NCBI GenBank assembly: GCA_964016885.1
Contig: OZ024745.1
Location: forward strand, 118,482,001 to 118,546,000
Length of the DNA stretch: 64,000 nucleotides
Reading direction: 5' to 3'
Origin: Eledone cirrhosa
Taxonomy: Eukaryota
In this document: positions 11,975 to 27,504 of the stretch, one piece after another
Layout: each line of letters begins with the position of its first letter
Position numbering within the stretch: position 1 is the stretch's first letter
Position numbers and translations under genes: made by a program
Notes under the pieces: model-generated
The model's database searches: none
Told to the model about the DNA's origin: nothing
What the model saw: the letters and a program-made list of their open reading frames with translations, nothing else

Positions 11975-12180
11975 CCTACTGCTAGATGTTCTGCCTACAA
12001 TTATGAATAAGAAGTTGGTTGAAACCTGCTTTTCAATATCATAAGATGAAGTATTGGCCTTCATATTTAGTGGAGATATTCATCAGTGACAACATTATGA
12101 GATAATCAACTTAGACTCCCTCTCTGTCCTCCAGGGCAATGCATTCTCTATCCTGTTGGCCAGGACCCAGAAGAGGAGGG
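11975..12180 (+). mobile_element. Old CRE-like retrotransposon 3' fragment
   Basis: SLSVLQGNAFSILLA parallels SLAILHGNSFSILSA at about 53920-53965. Confidence 0.5.
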
Positions 12181-12412
12181 GAAGTCAGTTGGAGGTGGAG
12201 GATACTCATTCGGACGTCAGACATTTTCTCTTCTCCCCCAACTTGATCTCAGTTGACTCAAAGAGTGTATATTAGATTTAATAGTGTTTACTATAGATAA
12301 TTTTATGGTCATATATATATATATACATAATATAATTATATATATATACACATAATATAATATAATAATATGTATATATATATATAAATATATATATATA
12401 TACATAATATAA

Positions 12413-12593
12413 TTGTTTCTACTTTTGTCACAAGGCCAGCAATTACCCAGTGCATTACTGGTACTTTATTTTATCGACCCCGTAAGGATGAAAGGCAAAG
12501 TTAACCTCGGCGGGATTTGAACTCAGAATGGCAAGGGCCGTAACTCTATGCGTCAAAGCAAGGTGTCCGTCCAACCCTCTACCGATACTGCCA
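12413..12593 (-). mobile_element. SINE family A
   Basis: Family match; flanked by the direct repeat acataatataat. Confidence 0.88.
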
Positions 12594-12608
12594 ACATAAT
12601 ATAATATA

Positions 12609-12681
<73 letters not shown>

Positions 12682-13246
12682 TGCTCATTTTTTGTCGATT
12701 CTATTGAGTGATGAATAGCTTTTGTTTTATTTTAACATGTCTATTGAGCACTCTAATTCGATATGTGTATTTCCACATTCACTCGAATTGTTTTCGCGGA
12801 TATAGGGGTCATCTCCCTTGTCTAATGCCATGTGCGTTTTTCACCGCTAGTTGACTCCTCTGCCGCCAGGAAAAAACTCGTTGATAACGTAAACTCCGTT
12901 CCACTTATTCTAGTAGGCTTTTATATTTATATGTGAGCTGATAGAGTACAGTCTAAGGATTTACAGAAACCCATGAAGCTAGATTTAACACCTTTCTAGT
13001 GGGTCCGGGTATGATTTTACATTCATTTAAATTATTGACGTATTGTTTTATTGATTTTTTTATCTGTTTGGCCCGAATCTTCCTTTATCGATTTTAAATC
13101 GTATGGTTGATTGTAGACTTGTTCTATATGTGACGGTATTTTAACGATAGTTATAGCTCTGATTCATCTGAATTATTGAGCCCTCTGCCGCTCATATCGA
13201 ATTTCGTTTATCGTGAACTCGTGCGCCGATTTTTCGATACTCGATC

Positions 13247-13280
<34 letters not shown>

Positions 13281-13499
13281 CAACCTCACCGTTTTATGTA
13301 CATTCTTTCACGCTAGAATGGGTTAGGGTTAATATATATATATATATCATATTGTGCAAAGCATGGCAGCATGACAAGATGTACATAAGACTGATTATGA
13401 CAATGGTGGTGTGGTGGTGTGGTGGTGGTGGGGGTGGGTGGGGGTGGCTTTGATTATATAGCAACAGAACAGAGCTGAAACAGTTTCTGATCATAAAAA

Positions 13500-14085
13500 G
13501 AAAGGCTTAGCATCTAAGAAGTATTTTTGGCTTCACCATAGATACGTTGACAGCATGAACCATCACTCTAGATTGGATAGCTTCAAAATCAGTAAAGAAG
13601 ATGAAGGTTGTAGTTTTGTTGTGTATGAGTTAGCCAAGTGTGTTGAGCTGTAATCATCTTCTAGATGTGTTTAGTTATTGTGGTCCTTGAGGATTTTTAG
13701 GTCAGTGTTTCAAGAAATAGTGTAAATAAGGTATCTTAGATGGCATTGGATAATGATGTGTAAGGAAAATTAATTAAGACTGGAGGGTAACATAATCTCC
13801 GTAGGGGTGTGTTTGATGGATAGTAATAGCAAGTACATTGTGCCATGAAATTATGGGTTAATAGAATGTAGGTCAGAGAGGGGGGGCGGTAATTACTAGC
13901 ATATGCCACCATGAAGGGATTCAACAGGAAGATTTCAATCAAAGAGATGAGAAATGAGTGCAGCTTTGTGAGGAAGTTCTTGTACCACACATGGTCAAAG
14001 ACTTTGATGACATCAAGGGCAGTAATATCCCATTTGCTGAAGTTGTTGAGCATGAGGGTCTATTGGTGTGGGACATAAACCAAAT
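13500..14085 (-). mobile_element. Degenerate Jockey/L2-like LINE RT fragment
   Basis: ALDVIKVFDHVWYKNFLTKL resembles the RT motif ALDIxKAFDxVWHxxLLxKL. Confidence 0.55.
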
Positions 14086-14449
14086 GCCCAATAGATCTAG
14101 CTCTATATTATTATATGTTTATATATGGGTCTCTATCATCATCATTTAATGTCTGTTTTCCCTGCTAGCAAGGGATGGATAGGTTGTCACAGACTGTGTC
14201 AGTACTTAATCAGAGCTACTGACCTCTCAGATAGCCAGGGGTACACACCTCACTTACATTCCCACACACTACTGAGTGCTAGGGCAGGTCAGGGGCCTGC
14301 CACTTACAAAATGCCCCTACGCTCTACCAGGTACATTTTATCATAGCACCATCAGTAGGAAGGTTGTCACTTTTGTTGTAGCTGAAGAGTCCTCCCAACT
14401 CTTTGTTTGGCAAGTTGTTTTTATGGCTAGTTGCCCATACTATTGAAGG

Positions 14450-14600
14450 TGGGGAAATGACAGTCGTTAAGAATACTTTACGGTATCCGTTCTACCTCAT
14501 TGCACGCTCTGAGTTCAAATCCTGCTGTGGTCAACTTTGCCTTTCATTTTTTTGAGGTCAATAAAAAAAAAAAAGCACCAGTCCAGTACTGGGGTCGATT
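14450..14600 (+). mobile_element. Diverged SINE family A
   Basis: gagttcaaatcc...aactttgcctttcat core. Confidence 0.7.
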
Positions 14601-14989
14601 CTTCCTCTATAGAAAAAAGCGGCTGTGTTCAGACCTGGAGAGGGTTGGGCTCCGCCAGGTTTAAAAGTGCCCTAGACACACCGCTACGACTCTATAAGGA
14701 GTTATGGGATCTTTATCCTTATCCATCCTATTGCCTTACAGAGTGTACTGGGTGCATTTATCATACAAATTACCAACACTAGGGAGGTTGTCCTGCTTTT
14801 GATGCAGCAGAACAGTCATCCTGTTCTTTATATAGGACAGTGGGTGGTGTGAGGTGTTCTTGAACAAAACCCTTCATTTCACATTACTCCATTCAACTCT
14901 GAGAGGTAATTATCATGGGAGTGTCCAACTTAAAGAACTCTTATACTCTCAGTCGCATTAATACCACTGAAAGTAGGATAAGCTCCAGC

Positions 14990-15037
<48 letters not shown>

Positions 15038-15039
<2 letters not shown>

Positions 15040-15213
15040 GAAAAATGTTTAACCGCGACGGCAGAGCTCAAGCCATTTTGACAGCTATTTCTGGAGTCCG
15101 GCTTGAGCTCTACCTTCGGGGTTAAACATTTTCCTATTACCCACTCTACTACCCTAAGAATTGAGTACTCTGGTGTGTTATGGTCCATCTGGTTCCTTAC
15201 CACACCTCCTTCG

Positions 15214-15215
<2 letters not shown>
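15038..15215. mobile_element. Small (TA)n-embedded element with terminal fold-back (family H)
   Basis: Hairpin at 15040-15135 followed by the tacccactctactaccctaag body; homologues at 53540 and 59310. Confidence 0.8.
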
Positions 15216-15254
<39 letters not shown>

Positions 15255-15265
15255 TGATGATGATG

Positions 15266-15301
<36 letters not shown>

Positions 15302-15600
15302 TTATATATATATAAATATATATATAGATGATAGTGATGATATATATATAGATGATGATGATGATATATATATATGATGATGATGATGATGATATATATA
15401 TATAGATGATGATGATATATATATATAGATGATGATGATGATATATATATCATCATCATCATCATCATCATCACCGTTTTACGTCCGTTCTTCCACGCTA
15501 GCATGGGTTAGACGGGTTGTCCTGTTGTGGGCAGTGTCTGGTCGGCTGACCATGCCTTGCTCATACAGGAATATATATATATATAGATAGATGATGATAT

Positions 15601-15880
15601 AGAACATTGGCCTTGCAATCGAAAGGTTGTGAGTTCAATTCTCAGACCAGGTGATCTGTTGTTTCCTTGAGCAAGACACTTTATTTCACATTGCTCCAGT
15701 TTACTCAGCTGTAGAAATGAGATGATAGGGACTGGGGTCCATATCATTCCACTGCAAAGTTGTCATGGAGGTGCCATGGCAAAAAAGTACCCAGCACTCA
15801 CTGTAAATGAGGTTGGTGTGAGGAAGGGCATCCAGCTGTAGAAATCAAGCCAGAATCAGTTCCCGTCCCACCCTTGCAAC
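15601..15880 (+). mobile_element. SINE family B, truncated at both ends
   Basis: Near-identical to about 2622-2900. Confidence 0.9.
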
Positions 15881-15979
15881 CGCCCGGTTGTGGAACCAAC
15901 CAACCAACCGGAAATTTATAAATTCTTAAATTTATAATAAATTGGAGTGAAAGCAATGGTGCGTGTGTTTCTTATTGGC

Positions 15980-16052
15980 AACATGACCCTCCCAAAGCAT
16001 AACAATATCGGTTTCAACACATGTTTTCAGATAAAGACTCTTGCTAAACAAA
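15980..16052 (+). mobile_element. Penelope-related segment (putative ORF start MTLPKHNNIGF)
   Basis: Homologous to 10857-10925 and 58866-58930. Confidence 0.55.
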
Positions 16053-16225
16053 TTCAGAAACAAAATATATATATATATATATATGCAAAGGTTTTATTTA
16101 AAATTGTTGGGTTACAACAAGTAAATATTTTATAACTGATATAAAGCACTCGACACAGCTTCCTAATTTAATGGTCGCTTATAATATGGTACGTCAAAAA
16201 TTTTAAAAACTGTTTATATATTGTA

Positions 16226-16285
16226 TTTTATCTGACGAAGGCATGCCATATTTTTAATATGGTATCCCTGAAATATGTATAATGA
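16226..16285 (+). ncRNA. Putative hammerhead ribozyme
   Basis: CTGACGA-AGGCATGCCATATT(TTT)AATATGGTATCCCT-GAAA-TAT-GTA; a 14-bp stem II with one mismatch and one G-U pair. Confidence 0.65.
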
Positions 16286-16329
16286 AATAAATATGGTTTT
16301 ATAAATATAGTTTCCATTTGTTTAATATC

Positions 16330-16377
<48 letters not shown>

Positions 16378-16481
16378 GCATATCATCATCATCATCGTTT
16401 AACGTCCATCTTCCACGCTAGCATGGGTATATATAAACACATACATACATATATATATATATATATATGCACACACGCACG

Positions 16482-16595
<114 letters not shown>

Positions 16596-17394
16596 AATAT
16601 ATATTTGTTTCAATAAGAGATTAAATACCATAAATTATTGAGTTTCATTTAATAAATGTGAGCTAAGGTGGACGAAACCTCACATGAGATTTCACTAGTT
16701 TAATATGCATGTGTGTGCCATGTTGAATAACTTTCTTCTTAATAATCATGGCGTTTCTAGAAATTACAACATAAATCAGAGTCTTGTAATGCAACGATGT
16801 AAATTCAATTAACTAAATTACTTTACTTCAAAAAATAAAAAACATAAATGAAGAACAATGTGTCAATTATTATCATGAAATGCCCAAGAACAGAGGCTTT
16901 GTTCGTAACCATTCTAACTTTTTCTCAGCTTGCTACATTAAAATACGTTCAGACGTATCTTCTGCTTTAGAAAATTGCCATAGTGACTAGTGAAAAGCGA
17001 TCAATATTACATTCAGTTCTTCAATCTCACAATCTTTACTACTATTTATCACTACTTCAACGTTCATTAGTACAATCTTTAAGAAATTAGATTAACTGAA
17101 AGCCAAGATGAGTCTAAAGGATGTCACTTACCCTGCTAGAAATAACAACTAAGCAGGCTTCCAACCACACCCTATAATCTTATGAAAAGAGAAAAACACA
17201 ATGGACAATATAATCTTAAGATACATTGTGTAAAAAGAAAATAAAGAGACTGACATGGTTGTGTTGTAACACTTGTGATCAAACCTCTGCACAAATATCA
17301 AATTAAATTATCTATATAACTTTTTGTACATTCACAATATAACCAAACTATCAGTGTGGACAATTTACTAACACATTTCCGTCCAATGTGTCGG

Positions 17395-17664
17395 TGACAC
17401 AACAAAAAGCACCCAGTCCACACTGTAAAGTGGTCTTGTAGAAGACACAGTAAAAAGGCTCCCAGTACACACTGTAAAGTGGTCGTGTAGGAGACACGGT
17501 AAAAAGGCTCCCAGTCCACACTGTAAAAGTGGTTGGCGTTAGGAAGGGCATCCAGCCATAGAAAACCTGCGAGAGGCAGTTGTATATGAGCGAGACATGG
17601 TCTCCCGATCAATCTTGCATCGAAACCGTCTAACCCATGCTAGCGTGGAAGATGGACGTTAAAC

Positions 17665-17752
<88 letters not shown>
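17395..17752 (+). mobile_element. Family-C RTE-tailed element with internal tandem units and an expanded (GAT)n tail
   Basis: Three cccagtccacactgtaaagtgg-like units, the aggaagggcatccagc core, and the aacccatgctagcgtgg tail. Confidence 0.8.
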
Positions 17753-17817
17753 CAAGCATGGAAAATAGAGGTGAAACCGTGATGATGATGATGATGATGA
17801 TCATTATTATTATTAAG

Positions 17818-18018
17818 GGCGGTGGATTGGCAGTATCGGTAGAGGGTCGGACGCCATGCTTTCCAGCATAGTTACGTCCCTTTACGATCTGAGTTCAAAT
17901 CCCGCCGGGGTTGACTTTGCCTTTCATCCTTACGGGGTCGATAAAATAAAGTACCAGTAATGCACTGGTTAATTGCTGGCCTTGTGCCTAAAGTAGAAAC
18001 AATTATTATTATTATTAT
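17818..18018 (+). mobile_element. SINE family A, full-length reference copy
   Basis: A-box-like tggcagtatcgg, B box gagttcaaatccc, gcctttcatccttacggggtcgataaaataaagtaccag core, and a (TTA)n tail. It sits in an (ATT)n tract. Confidence 0.92.
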
Positions 18019-18480
18019 CACAATATTCTTCAATTTCAATATTGGCAGTTGGTGCCTCAGTGTGCATTAGGAAGGGCATCCAGCTGTAGAAAGCAAGCCC
18101 AAAGTATGTGGAAGATAGGGTCACCTGACCTGGCAATGCGCACAACAGGACAATTCGTCTAACCAATGCTAGCATTGTAAATTGGACATTAAACAATGAT
18201 GATGATGATATATATATATATATATAGTAAGTTTGTTTTGAAACAGCGAATGACGTTTGAAATTTAGTAGAAATAGAAGCTTTCACCATATTTTTTTACT
18301 AAAGGCATGTTAGCCTGATAGTGGGGTTTAAAACCCTCTAAAAATGGAAAAGGATGAGTATTGGCATATATATATATGTATATATATATGTTTGACTCCA
18401 TTCATATATATATATATTTATATATATACACATATATATATATATATATTAGTTACGTAATAAACAACATAACTAAATAT

Positions 18481-18538
18481 TTCATTTACCAGTGTTTTCT
18501 TGAAAGCAGATATATCTGTTTTCAGTCGTCAGAATGAA
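18481..18538 (-). ncRNA. Putative type-I hammerhead ribozyme
   Basis: Minus strand: TTCATT-CTGACGA-CTGAAAACAGA(TATA)TCTGCTTTCAA-GAAA-ACACTG-GTA-AATGAA. Stem I is a perfect 6 bp. Confidence 0.68.
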
Positions 18539-18999
18539 TAAAACATGGTGTTTTTATTAAATATGGATTTGAAAACAAAATATAAGAAATATGAAAGTGA
18601 GGCTGAAGAAACAACGGGCGAAGTAGAAGAGAGGGAAAGAGAAAAAAAGAAAAATACATATGTATATATAAAAACAATAAATATACAAATATACACACAC
18701 TCAACCACGCGCATATACTTAAAAAGTACGTAGACGTATACTTTGTCACATAAGCGTATATGTATCTACAGGCATGGACAAAATACATACACATACATGA
18801 AGTAATAAGAATAAATAAATAAATAAATAAATGAATGAATAAGAACAAAAAATACAAAGTCAAAAATAAAAGATACGCGTTGACAACGATAAGTGAGAGG
18901 AGCGGGTGTGAATAAAAACAATTAAAAATAAACAAATACACGAGGTGTGCATATACATAAATATATATGTATATAAAATATATATACATATATATATGT

Positions 19000-19610
19000 A
19001 TGGTCGCTGCCAACTCGTTTTCGAGTACGGCCACTACTTTATATCCATGTAGGAGAACCCCTACCAATGCGCTGAACGAGTGTGACTTTTTAGTCCAGCC
19101 AGCGTATTGAAAACTCTGGTACAAACACTACACTTGTGACAATTATTGACACATAGTGCTGGGCCCATGGTACTATGTGACGACAAGTGCAGAGAGATCT
19201 CCAGATATAAAGCAATGCCTGTGCCGTGAAGCTTTTATAGTGAGCAAAGGCACTGCACAAAGCCAGTCCCACACTCTTAACCAAGATGATATTTACCAAA
19301 AAGAAGAACAAGTCAACATCATTGGATACCATCAGGGTTGCAGGTGTTATATCAGAGTTTTCCTTCTCCTAGAATTCTGCCTTGACAAAAGCTAAGGGGT
19401 CATCTCTCCCGGTGATTTTGGATGGCCATTGACTCTTAAGAGCTCCTTTGCCCTTTGACAGGTTTTGTTTTTAGTCCTGCAGGATGTCCAAAGTCACCCT
19501 CCTCACCAAGAAAGCTTGGTGGGGTTGCCAGTTTAGTCGCCAACGGCCCGACCAGGAGACACGTTGTACTGGGATACATGTTACCAGTAGCACCAACTGG
19601 TGACCTGACA
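19000..19610 (-). mobile_element. GC-richer insert within (TA)n; probable LINE 5' region
   Basis: The right part is homologous to 5810-5985; the insert is bounded by (TA)n on both sides. Confidence 0.45.
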
Positions 19611-19705
19611 TATATATATGTGTATACACACATACATACATACATACACATGCGCAAATACTCATACACACGTATAAAAACACATACACAAATGTATGTG
19701 TATAT

Positions 19706-19830
<125 letters not shown>

Positions 19831-20184
19831 TTATATATACACAAAAATATAAAAATATAAAATATAAAATAAACATACGTACATATCTACATACACATGC
19901 TTTCAAAAATACATATACACATACACACATATATAAAAACATGCATACAACCAAATACACTAACACACACATAAACCCTACAAAAAAGAGCATTGGTACG
20001 TACAAACGTATACACATGCGTGCGCGCACTCGCACGTAATAAGAAATCAACCCACGCATACAAAACCATACGTAAGACTACAGACAAAAACAAAAGCATA
20101 TATACAACCGCATACACACAACTATATACGTAAAGACATACATAGAACCATATATAAGTATAATATAAACATAAATAAACTCAC

Positions 20185-22296
<2,112 letters not shown>

Positions 22297-22517
22297 AAAT
22301 AATCAAAATACTATAAATGTATGTACACATGAGTCTGTCTGCAAATGCGCCCGCACACAGCCCTATGTGAGAACATAAAAACCTAGTGGGTAAGTAAGGA
22401 CAAAAGGGGAGTAAAATTGAAATAATAAACACAATTATTAAGAATAGGTAGGGGAAAAAAGTGTTGTAAAAGGTTTGCAATGAGATCTAGATAAGAGTAT
22501 CTGGTTAAAGAGTGAAC

Positions 22518-22718
22518 TAACATTTACCATCACTCTATATATACTATTGTATTTTCATGATAAAGGTTTTACCGTACATAATAATTATCTTACATGATAT
22601 TGAGTCTGTGAGATTTAACAATACCTTAACATAAGTATGAGCAGCTGGTTACAGCCGGTTTGAACAGAAAGAGGTGAGAGAATTCTGGCCGGATAGAGCT
22701 GGTTTAAATGCTAAAGGG
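22518..22718 (-). mobile_element. piggyBac-type MITE (M1), left end decayed
   Basis: Interior match; ends TAAATGCTAAAGGG|TTAA. Confidence 0.8.
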
Positions 22719-22867
22719 TTAAAGAAGGTCCTCCATTCCATGGAACAGGTGAGAATAAATGAGCCATCTGTTCAAAGTAGTTGGTTATTTCCTTCTGTAG
22801 TGGATTCAAGCTATCACCTTTACATATCAATAGAAATCAGAGTACACTATAAACAAATAAATCATAT

Positions 22868-23066
22868 TTGCATTTAAACTGACCATACCCTCTTTCTCTT
22901 CAAATTGGCTGTAACCAGCCACTCATACTGATGTTAAAGTATTATTCTCAAAATAAATAACATCAAAATCTCATAGATTCGATATTATGTGAGATAATTA
23001 TGTAAGATAAAACCTTTTCCACAAAAATACAATAGTATATATAGAGTGATGTAAATGTAAAGGGTA
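22868..23066 (+). mobile_element. piggyBac-type MITE (M1), decayed ends
   Basis: Interior matches 5565-5785. Confidence 0.8.
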
Positions 23067-23721
23067 ATGCTTTCAAAGTTGAATAATACAACCCCAATAC
23101 CGAACCACAGTGCCTGACAACATATTGCTCCCATTTCTAACACTACAGCATCCCTTTTCTTTATAAAAAGGAACAGAGGGGCCCTTTAGTTGTCATTTTC
23201 CTTTTATATGTCAGAAGAAAAAAATACATTATTGTCTTTTTCGTTACATCTTTAGATTCTATTTCACTTTCTTTTTAGATTGTTCTATTTCTAGATGTCA
23301 CATATACACACACATATATACACACACATACAATCCCACACATATGAACCCACAAATATACACACACATTCAAACCCACAAATATACACACATACAAAGT
23401 CACAAATATACATACACATACACCCTTGCAAGCAGGGAAAAGTGGACGTATGATGATGATGATGATACAAACTAACAAATATACACACACACACATACAA
23501 ACACACACATACAAACTAACAAATATGCACACACATACAAACATTGTGGTATGACAGTTGGCATTCCTGATGATTTCCTTTGAATGAAACAGGCCTAGTC
23601 CTGTATAAGCCATTTCTATATCAAATTTTGTGTATATATATATATATGTATATATATATATAATCATCATCATCATCATCTTCGTTTAACGTCCATTTTC
23701 CACGCTAGCATGGTTTAGACG

Positions 23722-23752
<31 letters not shown>

Positions 23753-24632
23753 CATTTTCCACACTAGCATGGGTTAGACGTATATATATATATATTGGTG
23801 GTAGTACTAAGACAGCATTTAAGCATAATAAAAGTGTATATAAAAATATATATAATATAAACAAATACGTAGCCTCGCTGCTGAAGAAAAATATTTTTTC
23901 GTGATGAAATAAAAATATTTATTTTTCTCTATTTTCCTTGGTGCCAGTATGTTCTGAGAATGTCAGACAGCGCTGTTTCAAGATTTTTTAATCTTTCATC
24001 ATCAATGACAATCACTCAAAATGTACTGGCATGAAATAGACTATAGTTTACATACAATTTTGTGTCTCACTAATGAAAGATTCTGTTCAGTTACTCCATT
24101 TTAGCTTTCTATGGTGTGTATTGAATGCATGTGTATGTGTGTGTTCACGTGTGTTTGTGTATTTGTATATTGCTACTTCCTCAATTTTCTGTGTGTGGCA
24201 TGTGTGTGTCTTCTCTGTGTGTTTACCTTTAGCTGCATATGTGGTGTATTTGTGTATGCCCTGGTAAACATCCCATTAGTCTTTGTAAATCTTTATGTAT
24301 CTATGTATCTTATTTGTCTCTTTATGCTTGTTGCTATGGCTCTCTGAGTTTCCATTCTTATGTGTCATGTTATTTTTATCACCTACCACTAGGTATTTAT
24401 TATTCTTGCTTTCTATTGAGTGTGGGTTTTATATGTTTGTGCACTCTTCTGTGTCTACTCCTATGTTTATTGCTTTTCCATTCTTGCTTTCTGTTAAGGA
24501 TTGGTTTAATTTCTGTTATATGGGTTGTTTCCTTAATCTGTCTGTCTGTCCTGTTCGTAGATACGATTTTTACCTCTATTTTCTAATGAGCCACTGTGTT
24601 GCATGCTGGTAAGGCTCTTGTGTTGTTTTTGT

Positions 24633-25052
24633 CCAGTGCTACTTCACTCTTCCTCTTATACTACTATCTACACCAAGTCCTTGACCAGTGCTACTTCACC
24701 CTTCCTCTTATACTACAGGTTATCTACACTATGTCCTTGACCAGTGCTACTTCACCCTTCCTCTTATACTACTATCTACACCATGTCCTTGACCAGTGCT
24801 TCTTCACCCTTCCTCTTATACTACTATCTACACCATGTCCTTGACCAGTGCTACTTCACCCTTCCTCTTATACTACAGGTTATCTACACTATGTCCTTGA
24901 CCAGTGCTACTTTACCCTTCCTCTTATACTACTATCTACACCATGTCCTTGAGCAGTGCTACTTCACCCTTCCTCTTATACTACAGGTTATCTACACTAT
25001 GTCCTTGACCAGTGCTACTTTACCCTTCCTCTTATACTACTATCTACACCAG
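24633..25052. repeat. 52/56-bp minisatellite, 8 units
   Basis: Unit starts at 24633, 24685, 24741, 24793, 24845, 24901, 24953 and 25009. Confidence 0.95.
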
Positions 25053-25174
25053 GCTCATCTTTCTACATTGTCCCTTTCTGTGTCTTATGCTATATACAAC
25101 ATTTATAATTTTAAGCTTTAATTTGTCTAAAGACCCTTTGGAGGGACCCCATTTCGGCAGCTTTGAAAAATGTT

Positions 25175-25385
25175 TTTGATAGAGTGGATTGCTCAGAGAT
25201 CAGACAGTTGCTCCAGGTAGAGCTGTTACTTATTCGAATTAAGAGATCACAGCTTCGATACAATGGACATGTAATTCAAATGTCTTGGGAAAGAATTGCT
25301 GGACAGATTTTACAGGTAAAAACAAACCTGTCTAGCCCATGCTAACATGGAAAAATGGACATTAAACAATGATGATAAATGATGT
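25175..25385 (+). mobile_element. RTE-like LINE fragment (second subfamily) joined to an RTE tail
   Basis: EIRQLLQVELLLIRIKRSQLRYNGHVIQMSWERIAGQILQVK. Confidence 0.75.
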
Positions 25386-26784
25386 ACACACCATTTACTT
25401 CATAATAGTTTTCAGTTTTAACCCAGCTCCTTTGTATACTGTGATCCTGTCTCTTTCATTGGATCTGGAGAACTGCGTGTGGTGAATGAAGTATTATGTG
25501 TGTCGCTAATTCTTTAGGAGTGAACATGTGGGACACTTTCTTCTCCCTTAGACTGCTAGGATTTTTGTTAATGTTCAGAAAACATAAAAACAAAAATAAA
25601 AATTATGTGTGCGTGTATGAATAGTTGTGGTAGCTAGCATGTGTGTGTATGTGTGAGTGTGTGCATGTGTCTGTGTGTGTAAGCATGTATGTGTGGTAGT
25701 TAGCATATGCCAATCTGTCTGTTTCTCACTCTCTAACCTGTGTGTGTGTGCATGTGTGTGCGTGTGCGTGTGCGTGTGCGTGTGCGTGTGCGTGTGTGTG
25801 TGTGTGTGTGCGCGCATGCGCGCGCGCGCATGTAAATAATGTTTGGCCATATTCAAATACACAACAAGATAAAAGCACACTTTGAAATGAAGACAAACAA
25901 GTATTAAATGTTAACCAAGCTAGCAAGTTTGTTTACCTAATTTTAATCAATTACTGAAATTCCTATCACTTATCACTATATTATATTAATATTGTATCTA
26001 TTTATGTATGCATTTATTAATTCCTAAGTATAACTTTTCATTTAGGTATCATTATTAGATATTTCTTCAGTAAAATGAATTTACGTTTTCATGTGTGAGC
26101 GTGTGCACTGATGTTTGATAAATAAACATCTATTAGAAGTGTATATAAATAGTATGTATTGCGAAAATTACTTCCCCAAAGTTCCAGCATTACCCATCAC
26201 TATAGCAAAGAATACAGGCGCTGTTATAAATAGAAGCATCTGTATCATCATCATTAATTATACTTACTAATTGATAAATGCATGATAGCTTCCCTAGTGC
26301 TGATCTACATGATAAACACACTCAGTACATTTTGTAAAGCGGTTGGTGATAGGAAGGACATCCAGGAATAGAAATCTTGCCAAACAAACGGTTGAGACGA
26401 CCCTCAATTGTGTCGAAAACGTGACCCCCCCCCCCCCCCATGTACACTTGATAGAACATGAGACTAAACATAAGTGAGATGACAGATTCCTGGCTTGTCT
26501 GGGAGATCAGTAACCATCACTTCTGTACTGACTTGGTCTCTGTAGACCTGTCCAACCTTGAATATTAAAGCGATGATGATATAAACAGTGTGTGTGTGTG
26601 TGTGTGTGCGTGCGTGCGGTGCGTGCGTGCGTGTAGTAATAGTAATAAATGTGAAGACTAAAATCCGAAGAGGGCTTGATAAGGATTATTATAAATATAT
26701 ATAAAAACCGTAGAGCAAATATTTATTAAAATAACAGATTAAAATGTAAGCAAAGAATTGCTGCTTTCACCCTTAACGGGATCT

Positions 26785-27045
26785 TCATTTTACGTCCGCT
26801 TTTCCCTGCTTGCAAGGGTGGGACGGGAACAGATTCTGGCTTGATTTCTACAGCTGGATGCCCTTCCTAACACCAACCTCATTTACAGTGAGTGCTGGGT
26901 GCTTTTTGCCGTGGCACCTCCACGACCACTTTGCAGTGGAATGATATGGACCCCAGTCCCTATCATCTCATTTCTACAGCTGAGTAAGCTGGAGCAATGT
27001 GAAATAAAGTGTCTTGCTCAAGCAAACAACACATCCCCCGATCTG
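26785..27045 (-). mobile_element. SINE family B, 5'-truncated
   Basis: Reverse of about 2665-2925. Confidence 0.9.
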
Positions 27046-27504
27046 ATACATATATGCATGCATATGTATGTATGTATCATCATCATCATTGTTTAACGTC
27101 CATCTTTCACGCTAGCATGAGTTAGACGGTTTTGTTCCATTTGATGCGGGATTGGTTAGGAAACCGTGTCTCGCTTGTACAGCACTGTGTGTGAGTGTAT
27201 AACCTATTTGCCATTGGATGTATGCACTCATTGCACATTAAGATCTGGTGTCTATCAAGGTCTTGTATTGTCCAATCAACTATTCCAACACTATGCCTCA
27301 CTACTCCATGTCCTGAGATTTGAACATAAAGGGCCATAACTCTCTGCCACACGGTGTCCAACACTCTACTGATTACTGGCAATCCACAGCCTTAGAATAT
27401 GATGGGAACTTATTGCAGCTAACTTTTCCTATGTGTAAATGTGATCTCAGCCTTACAAGACAAAAGAGCTTTCATCAATGCTACAGTACTACTGCTGCAT
27501 ATAA

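Noticed and set aside
17818-17915. tRNA gene
   Set aside because: The A/B boxes belong to a multi-copy SINE head; no complete cloverleaf was seen.
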